In this document: positions 52,316-64,000 of the stretch, one piece after another | Position numbering within the stretch: position 1 is the first letter of the stretch | Layout: each line of letters begins with the position of its first letter | Assembly (NCBI GenBank): GCA_048772705.1 | Contig: JBLWGC010000021.1 | Span: 18,081-82,080, forward strand | Source of the DNA: Leidyana gryllorum EB-2025a | Lineage: Eukaryota; Protista; Apicomplexa | Length of the DNA: 64,000 bases | Direction: 5' to 3' | Translations under genes and position numbers: made by a program | The notes under the pieces: generated by a model | What the model saw: only the letters and a program-made list of their open reading frames with translations | Databases searched by the model: none | What the model was told of the DNA's origin: nothing

Positions 52316-55311
52316 CTACGCAGTAAAGGCAGTATGAAGATGCGGGCCCCATTTTTCAGCTATTTCCTCGCAGTCCACGTCAATGACAACTCTGTCCAGT
52401 CTTGTGATGGGAAGAGTACTATTATTTTCGTCTCCGCCGCCGCCTTCCTCCCAGAGTAAAGAGTTCTCGGCAATGATACTGAATCTCGGACCATTCTCGC
52501 GCTTCACCTCCACCTGACTTTCAGGGGCCGGCCGCAGACACCCGCGCAATTGACACTCGTTGCGCGCACAATCGGCGATGAATAACATTAGCCCAAAGCG
52601 ACTGGTCAACACACCGAAACAAATAAGATCGGGAACTTGATGACGTGGAGTCACTTCAGTCGTCGTCGTCGCAGGCGCTGCGGCGGTGACCGGAGACGGA
52701 ACCAAAGGCAACATTGCAGCGGGCAGTTGGCCCATCTGAGAGGGAGCTGAACGCGGGGGAGTAACTTGGATAGCTGCGATCAACGGACTGACACCAGGCG
52801 CCCGGGCACCACCAATAGCTGCAGCAGTGTCCTCGGGCAACCCGAACCCACTCGCGATCCGCAACCAACGCCGTAGCTTCGCAAACATGACGAGACTCGG
52901 TGACTGAGCACAACAGAACGCGCTGGGAGAGTCCTCCATCATCAATCCATCACCACCTGTCAACGTCAGGTCCACAGCAGGCGCGATGTTCAGACCCGTC
53001 GCTGGCGGCGCTTTCTGCTGCGACTGCGACTGCGACTGATTGTGATGAGGCGTGGTACCACTCGGGGAATCAATCTGTAAGACTTGACGGCACACAGCAA
53101 ACCGTGCGGCTGGCTTTTCAGCTGGAAGGGGCGGAGGCGGCTTGACGGCCGCCATGGTGAAACTCACTTTGCACGGCCCCCATGTCAATAACCCAGCCGC
53201 CTCAACCACGTCTTCTTCGTCCACCCCTTCTCCGACGAACCGTTTGCACTCGGTCACCACGTATGGGATCATAAACTCACGAAACTCATCCGAACTCATC
53301 TCCACAGCCCATGAACTGCCTGCAGCACCCGGCACAACTACGTTGTTCGGGTCATCGTGCTCGTGACTCGCCGGTGCTGTCGTTTCGGGAGTTGGCACTG
53401 CTTCTTTTGGCATTGGAGCACTAGAGGCTCGTTGGTCAGGGGTCGATCGGCCACTCGACCCTTGACCGTCTGTATCTACTAGCGTCAAACCTGAGGTATC
53501 AACCGGCAACTCAATCATCGGAGCCGCCTCCAGTGCTTCCTGGCGAGGAGCCGGGGGTGGTGACGACTGCTGTGGATGAAGAAGGGGGGGCGCTTGTTGT
53601 TGTTGTCCTTTGCCTCGTCTTCTACTGCTTCGGGATGAGGAGGAGTCCGCTCCAGCTGCACGGCGATGGGTACTACTCGTTGTAGAGAGATCGTCCACCA
53701 ATCGCATAGGAGGTTTGTGCACGGGGGTGGTGGGGTAAAGATCTGCCGGGCCGTCTTCTGGTATAGCCGATGGCACTCCGGCAAATGCAATGTTACGCAC
53801 TCCCAGAGAACCAACGATTTCACGCCCGTCGAACCGTTGTCCTAAAAGCGAAAACTTTGATGATCAAACTTCACCACTTACCAATCTCTGGGGTGAATTC
53901 CAGAATCGAAGCCGATATCCGGCCGATTTTGGCGCTCTGTTGCTTCTCAGCGGATTTCAACAGATTGTCTGCACATATATAAATTGCTAAACCCCCAACC
54001 CCACACTTACTGACAAGATCGCCAGCTTCAACTGAACTCAACAGTTGTCGAAAATGTATATCGGCTAAGAATGGATGACGGCTCTCGAAATCAGGCTGCA
54101 GCACCTCCAGGCGTCCGACTGGATTCGGATCCAACAGTTTTAGACACAAATCTCGGGCCTCGGCTGTCACCGTCTACAACTCCACCATCAAACAGCTCGT
54201 ACAACACATATTTAATCTCACCGACGGCCACTCCAAACCGTCCATTGCACTCCCACCAAGGTTACTCATTTTCTGGGCGTATCTAAGGATTCGGTCAGCG
54301 GTCAATTCGGCTGTCGCCCTCAAAAACGGGTTCCGCCCAGTCAGCATCTCGTACATAATGCAACCAACAGACCTGATCAGAGCAATACACACACGTGTGT
54401 GTACTGGGCACAACATACCACAGATCTATTTCGATTTCCGGGGTGTAGCCCAACGCGGGGTCTACAGGCTCATAACCGGGGGGCTGGACAAAGGGCGCGC
54501 CGTTGTGAGCCTTATACACGGCCACCCGCTCTGGCGCCCACCATGGAATGGTTCCACCGAATTCTTGATCACACTGGTCATTAATCTTCGCGGACTCTGG
54601 ATTTAGCATCACTTTTCCTCCAGTGGTGGCATTGTTGAAGTCAATAACGCGCACGTGGCCATCAGCCAGCAATACGTTGTCTGGCTACAAGACAAGAGAG
54701 GATTGTGCGTCTCACTAGCTGGAAACCGTACTCCTTGCTTGTGCTCACCTTGATATCTCGGTGTACCACGCGCTCTTTGTTCAAGCTCTCCACCACGCTC
54801 AATAGTTCGCCAATCCACAATCGTACGAGATGGAGGGGAACGACCGGACATGATCGGAAGGCAGCTAGGCGTTCGATTATTTTAGATAAAGATCCACCCT
54901 TGACCAGCTCGAAGCAGTAGTAGAGGAAGCCTTCATCCTGGAACGAGCAATACAAGTTGACAATATTAGGATTGCTTTGTAGAGCTGGCCGCTGTAGGAT
55001 GTTGACTTCCTCACACACCATCTGCCTCAAGGATGGTGAGTGCGCCAGCTTCGACTTGCGCACTTCTTTGATGGCGCAGCTTTCGCCAGTGGATTTACGC
55101 GTCGCCTCATGTACTCGGCCTAATGAACCTTCGCCAATGAGGGTATGAAAGTGATAGTCGGATCGGCTTTGGCCGCTAACGTGACTGTGGGTGGCGTCCG
55201 ACGAATGAGAACTCACGGCCGTCTATGTGGAGTCGAGGTCGCCCCCGTGCGTTGACGTGGCTTGGGGGGTTCGGACTCAGAGCCCTCAGTGGCCAGGAAT
55301 TCGTCTGTCAT
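52316..55311 (-). CDS. Atypical PDK1-like AGC kinase, paralogue B (multi-exon) with a PH-like C-terminus
   Basis: IGEGSLGRV, CAIK, IVNLYCSFQDE, HRDIK|PDN, DFN, GTIPWWAPE, SVGCIMYEMLTGRNPF. The ATG at 55311 splices in frame, and intron positions match paralogue A. Confidence 0.85.
54386..54403. promoter_or_regulatory. 18-bp perfect palindrome TACACACACGTGTGTGTA, longest copy of a recurrent intronic/intergenic motif
   Basis: Related palindromes at 2955, 4345, 6604, 8315, 12966, 18141, 20294, 24842, 33505 and 50488. A regulatory function is inferred only. Confidence 0.4.
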
Positions 55312-55377
55312 GCTCTACGTGTCCGTTTTTCTCAATCACTCACTCCCTCCCTCCCCTTTTGCACAGATCACAATTGT

Positions 55378-58300
55378 TCATGGGTGTTTCATGACGGCCG
55401 GCTGAGGGAACTGGGGGCGTATACTGAGGACGGGGGAGAAGGGACGGAGTTGAACGGGTCGTGGAGGTTTGCGCAGAGCGGCAAGAACGGGCTCAGGGGG
55501 GGGCCAACGGCGCTTTGGAGGAGCAGGATTGGGTCTGCGAGCTTCGCACAAGGCCGGGGCACCAATAGGCCGACTGACTATATTGAGATAGTCGTTTACT
55601 TCCATAGAACGGTTCAGAACGAGGGGAGCGAGCTGCTGAGCCACCAAGGCACAGCGCTGGGCTGCTGGACCGACTTTCTCCAACAACTGCTTCAGCCGGC
55701 TTTGAAGGTCCAGCACTTCCAGCACGCTTAGAGACTCGTTCGGCGCTGCTCGATGACGACAATGTCTTGGTGAGGGGCGGGGAGGTGGGCTCGAGGGGAA
55801 AGCCGAGGGTACTGAGGAACTGAGAATGGAACTGGCGAGATCGGTCGTTGTCGTGGAGGCGTTCGACAAGGCCACTGGGCGTCGGAAAGAGTAGCTAGGG
55901 AAGGGATCCAGGGAAATATGTGTGTCAGGGGTGAGTAACTGGGTGTGTGGTGCAGTTTCTGCCACCGTTGCTTCGGCCAACATCGAAGTTAGAGCTGATG
56001 CTTCGGATGCTGCTGCAGCAGACGGCTGGGACGCTGCGGCAGACATCGCTGTAGGGCCGCAGAATTGACGGAAGAGCGTTTCGAGGGCATTCCCTGACAG
56101 GATCACTGGTCCGGGCGGAGGGGGCGGTGGACTGGATGTCGTATGCAGCAGGCGCTCGAGGCTTTCCAAGTTCCCTTGGGGCCCCATTTCAGGATTAGTG
56201 GCGGCTCCATCGCCACCTTTCTGTTGTCTCCTCGTCCGCATGCCTGGTTGCTTGTCTGCCTTGTTCTTAAGATGGCGAGACTTATGCCCAACTAAGAAGG
56301 TCTGTGCGGAAGGAGGAAGTGCACTGACTTGACTGGGATACTGCCCGTGCAGGCGTTTGTAATGGCGTGTGTAGACACCCAGAGTTGGGTCCAGTGGCTC
56401 CAAACAGGGGGTGGGCATCTTTGAGGGACAAGTGGTGCGGATTGGGGCTGCGAACTGGTAGATCTGACCCCCCTGCGCGGAGGAACCCACCAGATCCAAG
56501 CCCAGCGCTGCTAAGAAGCTCAGTGCTTGATGCAGCTGAGTTTTGAGCTGCAGGTCGCGTGCGAGGGGCAGCTTTGGGGGAGGTGGGGGGGACGCTTCGT
56601 GCTGCAGTTTGCGCCGTTTGGAGGGAGAAGATTCCCAGGCCACCTCCTCTGTAGACTCGGCCATAGTCTCAGCCATCGGAAAACGTCGGGACATGGAGCC
56701 CCGTTCAGACTCTGGAGTCTCTTCATCCAGTGTTTTGGACAACACACATATACGCTGTGAGGCCTTCTTGGCGGAAATCCGAGTACTCCGCCGCAAGGGC
56801 GCTGCTTCCTCCACTTCTCCGCCCCCTGACCAGGACTCTTCTTCGCTTGGAGAGTCCGATTCACGTCCTCTCGAGATTCTACGTACACTAGGCGCCGCCG
56901 ATATGGGTATAAGTCCGAGATAACGCCCAGCTGGGATGACATCCGCCAGTTTGCCCTCAGAGAGTGTGGTATAAATGGATTCCCGAGTCACCATACACCG
57001 AGGCAGATTGAGCTCCTCACTGGGAGCTGGAGCCCCCAGGAAACAGCCCTCTACACCTGGTTGAGATCCGAAACAGATGAATCTCTCACAAGACTCATGA
57101 CGGATAACGACCTCGTGATCAATACCCACTCGTACACACACCGTACCAACAGGTGAGGCAGCGTTGATTCGGCTACTCGACATTGCCTCACCCACCGCGA
57201 CTACGTTCCCGAACAGAAGAGGCCCGTTTTGGCCAGTTGAAACCAACACCTTCTCGCCCAAACTGAACTGAGCCCATCGCAAAGCCTCAAACCGATCCGA
57301 CAGACTTGCAGGCGTCGGATGTAACTCAGACAAGTGCACTATCTCATAGTGAGCCGCCATCAAACACTTGTGACCAGTGTGTTCATAACCGCAACTGAAC
57401 TCCAACTCTTCCCAGTGGTGCTCACACGTCAATGTTCCGGATCGCACAATCCCCCAACCACCTGTCGTTCCGACTAACCAACCACGGCTGCCACACACAA
57501 TGTCACAGGCGAGTCCGCCAACAACAAGGCGCTTACTTGTACACCTTTGCCCCGTATTGTGCTTCCAATCTTAACGCATACTCTGTCTCGCAACGATATC
57601 TTACAGCAACGGGTTCGGCTTTTGATTGACTTTCCCTCAGAAAAGCCCAGGCACGAGCAATGGCCTCTGTGTGTTCGAGTTGTTGAGTCACCCAAACGAT
57701 CAAACAACCACTCACCGAGCAAATCCCAGCGTATAAAGTTGCCCGGGAACTTGATCATGCCCCCCTCTCGAGTAGGCAGATCAGGGGGGACACGGCTGTC
57801 AGAATCGCGGTACGGGTGATACACCTCAGTTGCTTTCTGGAACGTGTCCACAGGCAACGTGCTCACAATCACTGCTGATCCCAGCATCTTTGACTCCGGC
57901 CATTGTGTTCGAGGCCCAGGACACTTTCTCTTTCGCTTTGAAGGACTCGGCTCCTCGTAAACCCAAGGTGCATGAGCGATAGCATATACCTGCAGACCCT
58001 CTGGTCATCTGCTTGGTTCCCCCCCAACTCACTGTTTCCGTATACCAGAACACGGGCTGGGATACGCGGGCCCCAGGGACCGCAAGGGAGGGAACTTCAG
58101 ACGCATCGAATTTCACGGGAAGGTGCTTGCGAGTGTCACAGAATGTCAACCAGCTCTGGATGCTTCCGTATGCCATCCACTGCTCTTCCTCAGAACTCAT
58201 TCGGACTCTCAGACCGCTCTCTAACCTCCTGCTAAACACCTGGTTCGGCGTCAATGTTTCTCCGTTCCCATCTCGCAATAACCGAGCTGACCAACATCAT

Positions 58301-58709
58301 AGACATCCATCGCGTTCGAACTTACCCGAAATGTTGAATGATTGGACACTACTAGCTATTCGCAGCAATCGAAATACCCCCACAGCGTGACCTGGGCCCA
58401 CATTGGTGGAGCAGCTGACCGCCAGCTCCCGGCCATCCAGTGTCTGACGTTAGCGTGAGGTAGTACCACGTACACCAGCCCACTCACTCGGCAGACTGCT
58501 CCCAACGCATCCCAGGCCGTGCGGTCCCATAGATGAGGATCATTGACACGCACTGTGCGCAGGCTTCTGATCAACTGAGCTCGCTCAGTTGGAGAAGCTG
58601 AACTCCAACATTCCGATAAAGCCTTCACAAAGTCCACCAGACCTTCGCTACCAACTTCATTGAGATGGGCTAAAGCTGGTGGCAGCCCCTCAATACACAG
58701 TGAACCCAT
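55378..58709 (-). CDS. Large hypothetical protein (multi-exon)
   Basis: Abutting ORFs 58356-58748, 57826-58278, 57474-57887, 57533-57715 and 55378-57498 with intron-like junctions; no confident family. Confidence 0.6.
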
Positions 58710-58752
58710 TGACCATGAAACGTGTGTGTTTGCGGCGATCGATCGCACGCGG

Positions 58753-61700
58753 ATGCTTTACCGATTCTGTTTGTTGCTGCTGCCTGTCTTTGCCGAGCAT
58801 GAGGAGAAACTGTGTCTCATAGTACCATCATTTGACGTGCCCAACCCTGTTGGCACGTGTTTGGATGACTCAGCCCCTGTTCCGTACTCAGTTCATTTGT
58901 ATGGCTCCTCCCGCAGAACCCGAACCAAGCCCCTGTCCTGCCACTTAGCGATGGACTTTGTAGGCGACCTGAGTGAGTTACAGCGGAGTTGACCCCCCAC
59001 ATATATGCCAAACAGCCGCCAGTGAGAGTATCACGTTGACATCCCCCGCTACCTTCCTACGGCGTGAAGCTCTGCTCATGTCGCACAAGTTCGGGAATCT
59101 ACAGTCCGCCCACCTCATGAAGATCGAGGGTGACTGTCAACTGCCAGTCGCGTTTCAACGGGTGGAAGTAGTCGATGGTCATCGATGGTGGTCTTTAGAT
59201 GTGGATGAAACCCTCGATGAAGTGGGTGATGGGGCAGTGTTACACCTGGCGGGCTCGAAACCGTACCGTGTGACTATTATAACTGACGAAGGCCGTACAG
59301 CAGGATCGGCCCCTAGTGTATTCATACGAATGCATGGAAAGTCGGGCCTTCAGACCCGCACGATGGCCCTCATTGCAGGCGAGCACCAACCAGGAGCTGT
59401 GGTGAGTTAATTTACTCGAGCAAGGGTTGGGCACAACGAGACCGCTCACAGGTCCAAGTGACGTTACGAGCTGCTGATGTGGGCCCACTGGAAACCATAA
59501 CACTGTTCAACCACGCGATAAACGAGCCCTGGGCGTTCCGTGTTATGATGATTCATGTGAGTGTCCACACCTCTCACATTTGGAAATATCCCTTCCAGAC
59601 TGACGATGGCTACCTGGCAAAGTTTGAAGGTGGTCAGTGGTTGGGCAGACCTTACGTGGATGAGCTCACATTTGTGAATGTGGAAGAAGGGGGCACTGGT
59701 GGTGTTGATACGCAATCTATCCCGATTGAGTGCCACACCCGTCTGGTGGACATTATAGTTGGCGTCAACCAAGACCTTCAGCTCCTCAAAGTTGCCTGTC
59801 CCCCTGGCTGTGACCATTCGAAGGTTGCTTACGTGGCCGGCATGAGTATTCATCCTTCTTCCTCGAGTATCTGCGCCTCTGGAGTGGCTGACGGAGTTCT
59901 GGCCGCATCGGGAGGGGAACTCGTTGTCGTTATGGTGACGGATAGCGATCTAGACTTCGACCCACAGATTCGCAATGTTACCCACATCATTCTGAATAGT
60001 TTCCGATCCCCAGCTGAGGAACCTGGAAATGCATTTTACGTGATGCCCGTGAGTCTTAGAGGCCTTATTCATCCAATTCCACCACATCAGCTCGCATCAA
60101 TCGACGACATCAAAACGAACGTACGAGTTGTCGATGCCTTTGGTCGGCTATCTCACGAAGGTCGGCTCGAAATTCGGCGCGGAAATGTATGGGGAACTGT
60201 TTGGTGAGTGGCCAAGCTGATCTTGTGAACAAAGTTGACACTCGCAGTACCGAGGGCCAGACGAGCCGTTTCGGAGCGGAAGCTGCTAAGGTGGCGTGCA
60301 GAGAAATGGGATATCTATGGGGAGAAGTTGTTCGGGAGCCGTGCCACTCAGCCCTTGGGCTCAACTACTGTGGATCAGCTTCCCTCCCAGTCCACGCTGG
60401 GGGCATAGAGTGCAAGGGGGTGAGTCACAGGGTTGTGGTTCGCTAATCTGTCATTCCGCTTGCTGCTGTTCAGGATGAAGATGGTTTTGGAGAGTGTGTT
60501 TTCCAGAAGCCAGCTGAGAGTTGTCAGGATCACGACAAGGACGTGGTGCTCCAATGCACTAACCGACCCATGGGTGCCATGTGAGTGTGTCTAGTGTCTC
60601 GGACCGTTGCAATCTATCCTCCCCAACAGTCCGCCACAAGGGACGATCCGCATCGTGGACCCAAGTGGAAACCCGACGCCAGAAAGTTTGGGGCGATTGG
60701 AGATGTTCTTGCAGGATGAATGGGGATCGATCTGCAATGATGGGTGGACTGCGGAAAATCAAGCCGTAGCGTGTCGGCAGCTGGGCTACACTGGCATACG
60801 AGACATATCTAGTTTTGCTCCCGGAAAGCTGATCGACGAAGATCTATGCAGATCGTTCATGGACTCGGACTACTGTGCCGACACCCATCAAAAGATAGCC
60901 GCGAGTCATGTGGTACGTTTGAGAGGAGTTGATGCTGGTGACCATGAGACTTCTTCCTGATGCAGGCGTGTGAGGGATCCGAGGACAGATTGATGGACTG
61001 TCCTATGCATATCGCTGAAGATATCTATTGGTAAGCTGCGACTTGAGTTCTTGTTATCATCTTTCTGTAGTGTTCATGACGAAGGTGAGTAGCCAAGGCG
61101 ATGGCCGAGGGACAATCTCTGCCTGATAGATGTCTTGATTGGGTGTCGAGGGCCGGGTGATCCTTCTGGGGTGGGCCTATTCACACGAGAGAATGCCCCT
61201 TCTGTGGCCAGGGCACTCTTCCGGCCAACAGAGCAGCTGAATTGTATCGACACCTTCGAGGGGCTGATGGGGGAAAAAGATTTGATTCCAGGTGATATTC
61301 TACCAGTGCAGTGTCCAGCCGGATGTGGGCGGAATTTGGGCCAAATATATGGCACAATGATCTATACACCGGACAGTTCCATATGCAAGAGTGCTATGCA
61401 TGTTGGCGTATCCTCTGACAACGGCGAGAGTTTTGTGGTGATCGCCGCCCACGGTCAGAACAGCTATAAGCCATCCATTCGCCACGGTATAGACAGCAGA
61501 GCTTCGGATCGTACGGAGGATGCCTTCTTGGTCGGACCACTCACTCCTGACATGTCAGCTTTAATTCCCTTTGAACCGGAGAAGGACGCGGGGGATTGGG
61601 CACCGGCTGGCAGTTCGCGTTTGATTCCAGAGTTCAAAAGCCTCAGACATAGTTGGCGTTTTGCAAAGTCCAAAGTCGCCCTGCCGTCCTTCCTGCAAAT

Positions 61701-63307
61701 CATGTCGCGCTTATCGCTGGGCTCGAACTCGGAATCTCAATCTGCCACCACCACAGAATCAGACGATGACGAGGAGGTTCCAGAAATGAAGATCATTGAT
61801 CCACTGAAACCACTGGTTAAATTCTGCAATACGGGATATGACGCGATGGAGTTCCGAGGAGGAGCGCATGACCTTGTGACCATGAACTACCTGCCCAACG
61901 GCGAGAGATTACTCGGGTTATCGAGCTTCACTCTCATCATGACGTTCCGGTTGGGTGGCAGTCTGGAGGCCAGATGGAGAAGTTTGATATCGTATTCCGA
62001 GTGTGACGGTTTCGGAATATCCATCAGCCCGTTCGGGGAGATCGCATTCGAACAGCTTTGCTCTCCACACGTTATATACACCGGGTAAGTGGGGCAGATG
62101 ATGGGGCCAGCAGCAATATTGTCTCAGAATTCGGCCCAAACCGCAGAAATGGATGCACTTTGCTGTTTCTTATGATGCTGAGTCGCGGGAATTGGCGTTC
62201 TTTGCCGATAACGAAGTGAAATACTCCAAGAAAATCGACTTCGAGATCAACTGGATAGGCGTGATGAGAGCCGCGCGGTCTGCGACACTGGAATTTGAGC
62301 CTTTCATTGGCGAAATCAGCGAAATCTTCGTGTACGGCGATCCGCTGATCGATCAGACGGGCGACCTCACTCCAATTCACAAGGTGAGAAACGATTCATA
62401 TTTGTACTGTTAAGTTCGTCACTGGAAACAGGCGTTGAGTGGAGTGCAAGTAATTTGCGCGTCCGAGAGTGCCGCCACCTCGATCCCCGAGTATTCCAAT
62501 TCTCTTTACCACATGTGTGTAACGCCGTGTTCTGAGGCTCCACAGCACCACGCACTGGATGAAGTGGAAGATTCCAAGATACACATCTTGGCGCTCACGT
62601 GTGACTCGATGTTAGACAATACGCCAGAGATGAACGGACCGGTCGGCGCGGTAAGAATAGTGTTCGCTCTGTGTTCTCTCCAGAACAACATCTTTCGTGC
62701 GCAGGTCTTTAGAGTGAACTGTCCATCGGATTGTCCCCAAACCTTCATGGTCACTCAGGTCCAGAAGCCATTGATACTTCCACCTTCCGCTCTGCTATGC
62801 CAAGGCGCCATAGAGTTTAAGGATGTGGAGGCGGAAATGGCTGTTGTCGAGGTTCTTCCGGCTCAAACTTGGTTCCCCCCGTCTCTAGATCAGGACAGTA
62901 ACACTGGAGTAGACCAGTATGAGATGAGGGCTTTGAAAGTCTTGGAGATTACAGAGCCTCCGAGATTAGAGTGTAGTCAAACTGCGGAGTTTTTGGCTCT
63001 GAAGGTGAGGAAGGGCAACTCTGATCCTTTTGACGAACATTATATTTGCCAGTCGGAGGTGGGCACGACCCATACATTCAGATGTCCAGGGGACTGCACA
63101 TCCAGCCATCAGGAGACAACGAAGGAACCCGAGTTTGATGTGGAAACTTCCATCTGTGCTGCCGCACAGACCGTTGGGAAGAAGAGCGGCCCTCACAACG
63201 CGGTCATTCAGCTCCGACAACGTCCCCCGCCCTCGTCTTCCGCTCGGATTCCAATATCCTTCAATATGCTGCGGACTTTTAGAGTGATTAGCCCGAGACA
63301 CGGGTAG
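58753..63307 (+). CDS. CCp3: LCCL/scavenger-receptor multidomain adhesion protein (CCp3/LAP1/PSLAP type)
   Basis: In order: signal peptide [14 protein letters not shown]; PLAT/LH2 (YRVTIIT...[23 protein letters not shown]); LCCL (CPPGC...SSICASGV); two SRCR ([41 protein letters not shown]); LCCL ([26 protein letters not shown]); LamG/pentraxin ([17 protein letters not shown]); two degenerate LCCL. This is the domain order of Plasmodium CCp3. Confidence 0.9.
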
Positions 63308-63626
63308 TAGTTGTTAGTAGGGGAGACGGGAGACGCCGTCTCCCGATGTAGAACTATCCTTTAGAAAGTATGGCCCCGAAAGGGGAAAGACCCCCGCTCC
63401 CAACAAGTCGCCTGCTGCGCGCCGCCCAATGTACCGCGGGTGACATCGGCTTAGAGGCAGAAGTCGACCGATTCCATTTATCGGTCCTGACGCATGTGCG
63501 GGGCCTGATGGACGCCTTTCATGGGAAGCGCAAAGTTTGCGTGTGGTAGTCGTGGTCTTGACGGAGGAGGTCGCTTTTGTGCTTTGCGTGCGTCGCTCAA
63601 ACTCCGTATACACTCAAAAGCGTATG

Positions 63627-63790
63627 TCGGTGGCGAAGCAAGCTCCGTCCACCTTGCCAGAAAATCTCAGATGGGAGAGTCGAACTCAGTTCAACCCTTC
63701 CGAGGGAATTACAACACCAGGAAGTGCAGTGGCTGCTCCTCCCTCTGCCCACCTCTTCCTGATCAGGTAGAAGCAATCCGCAGGTAAGTT
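63627..63790 (-). ncRNA. U1: U1 spliceosomal snRNA (~164 nt)
   Basis: The minus strand reads AACUUACCUG (5' splice-site recognition arm); helix H CGGAU/AUCUG; SL1 with loop GAUCAGGAAG; SL2 loop (A)CUGCACUUCC; SL3 GGAAGGGUUGAAC/GUUCGACUCUCCC; Sm site AUUUUCUGG; SL4 GGUGGACGGAGC/GCUUCGCCACC. Length and order match U1. Confidence 0.95.
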
Positions 63791-64000
63791 AAATTTTATT
63801 ACAGTTTTCTGGCTCAAATGGCATTGGGACATGAGACATAACTAGCACAACAGCAGATACACCGAGGTTTCAGCATATCTCGGCGGTCGATCTTCAAGGC
63901 TGCGGTGTGAGAGCAGTGAATGGTGGTGACCAACTGTGTCATCTACACAGATACATCTGTCGCCTATACCCTTTCCACTGACGTAGGGCTTGCTTTATGC

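Noticed and set aside
57100-57300. XRN1 C-terminal SH3-like similarity (FSLGEKVLV...GNVVAVG)
   Set aside because: Only a short motif resemblance with no XRN nuclease domain; not enough to name the gene.
63340-63375. U3-like box A'/A (ATACTTTC..GGATAGTTCTA) on the minus strand, and a U4-like start (CTTTGCGCTT) near 63535
   Set aside because: The downstream boxes (U3 B/C/D; U4 stem I and Sm site) are absent.
63781-63789. Perfect plus-strand splice donor CAGGTAAGT implying a gene from ORFs 63521-63787
   Set aside because: It is the reverse complement of the U1 5' arm; the short ORFs overlap the U1 gene and have no recognisable protein features.

Overview
A very compact, intron-containing eukaryotic genome segment, most likely from an apicomplexan or gregarine-like alveolate. 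This rests on a complete CCp3/LAP1-type PLAT-LCCL-SRCR-LamG adhesion gene, a split-CBM20 laforin and short (mostly ~30-70 nt) GT-AG introns. About 24 protein genes are packed with spacers often of 15-70 nt: an M16-peptidase fragment, an intronless bacterial-type arginase-family gene, a divergent pair of Cys-patterned secreted paralogues, CK1, DDX41, an ~11.5 kb multi-exon EF-hand/FN3/Ig multipass membrane gene head-to-head with an anoctamin, a RING plus degenerate helicase-C protein, eIF2B-epsilon, ZMAT2/Snu23, Sec1/Munc18, a NOT3-N/SH3-SH3 fusion, a CBS-domain protein, laforin, two large coiled-coil/low-complexity genes, two tandem atypical PDK1-like kinases flanking an Eaf6-like gene, and CCp3. 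A complete U1 snRNA that the ORF track cannot show lies on the minus strand at ~63627-63790, next to a second hairpin-rich ncRNA candidate. The strongest novel leads are the giant Ca2+-sensor/anoctamin divergent pair, the DFN kinases with an acidic T-loop, the NOT3-SH3 fusion, and a recurrent intronic/intergenic alternating purine-pyrimidine palindrome. Exon boundaries were inferred by eye and no database searches were run.
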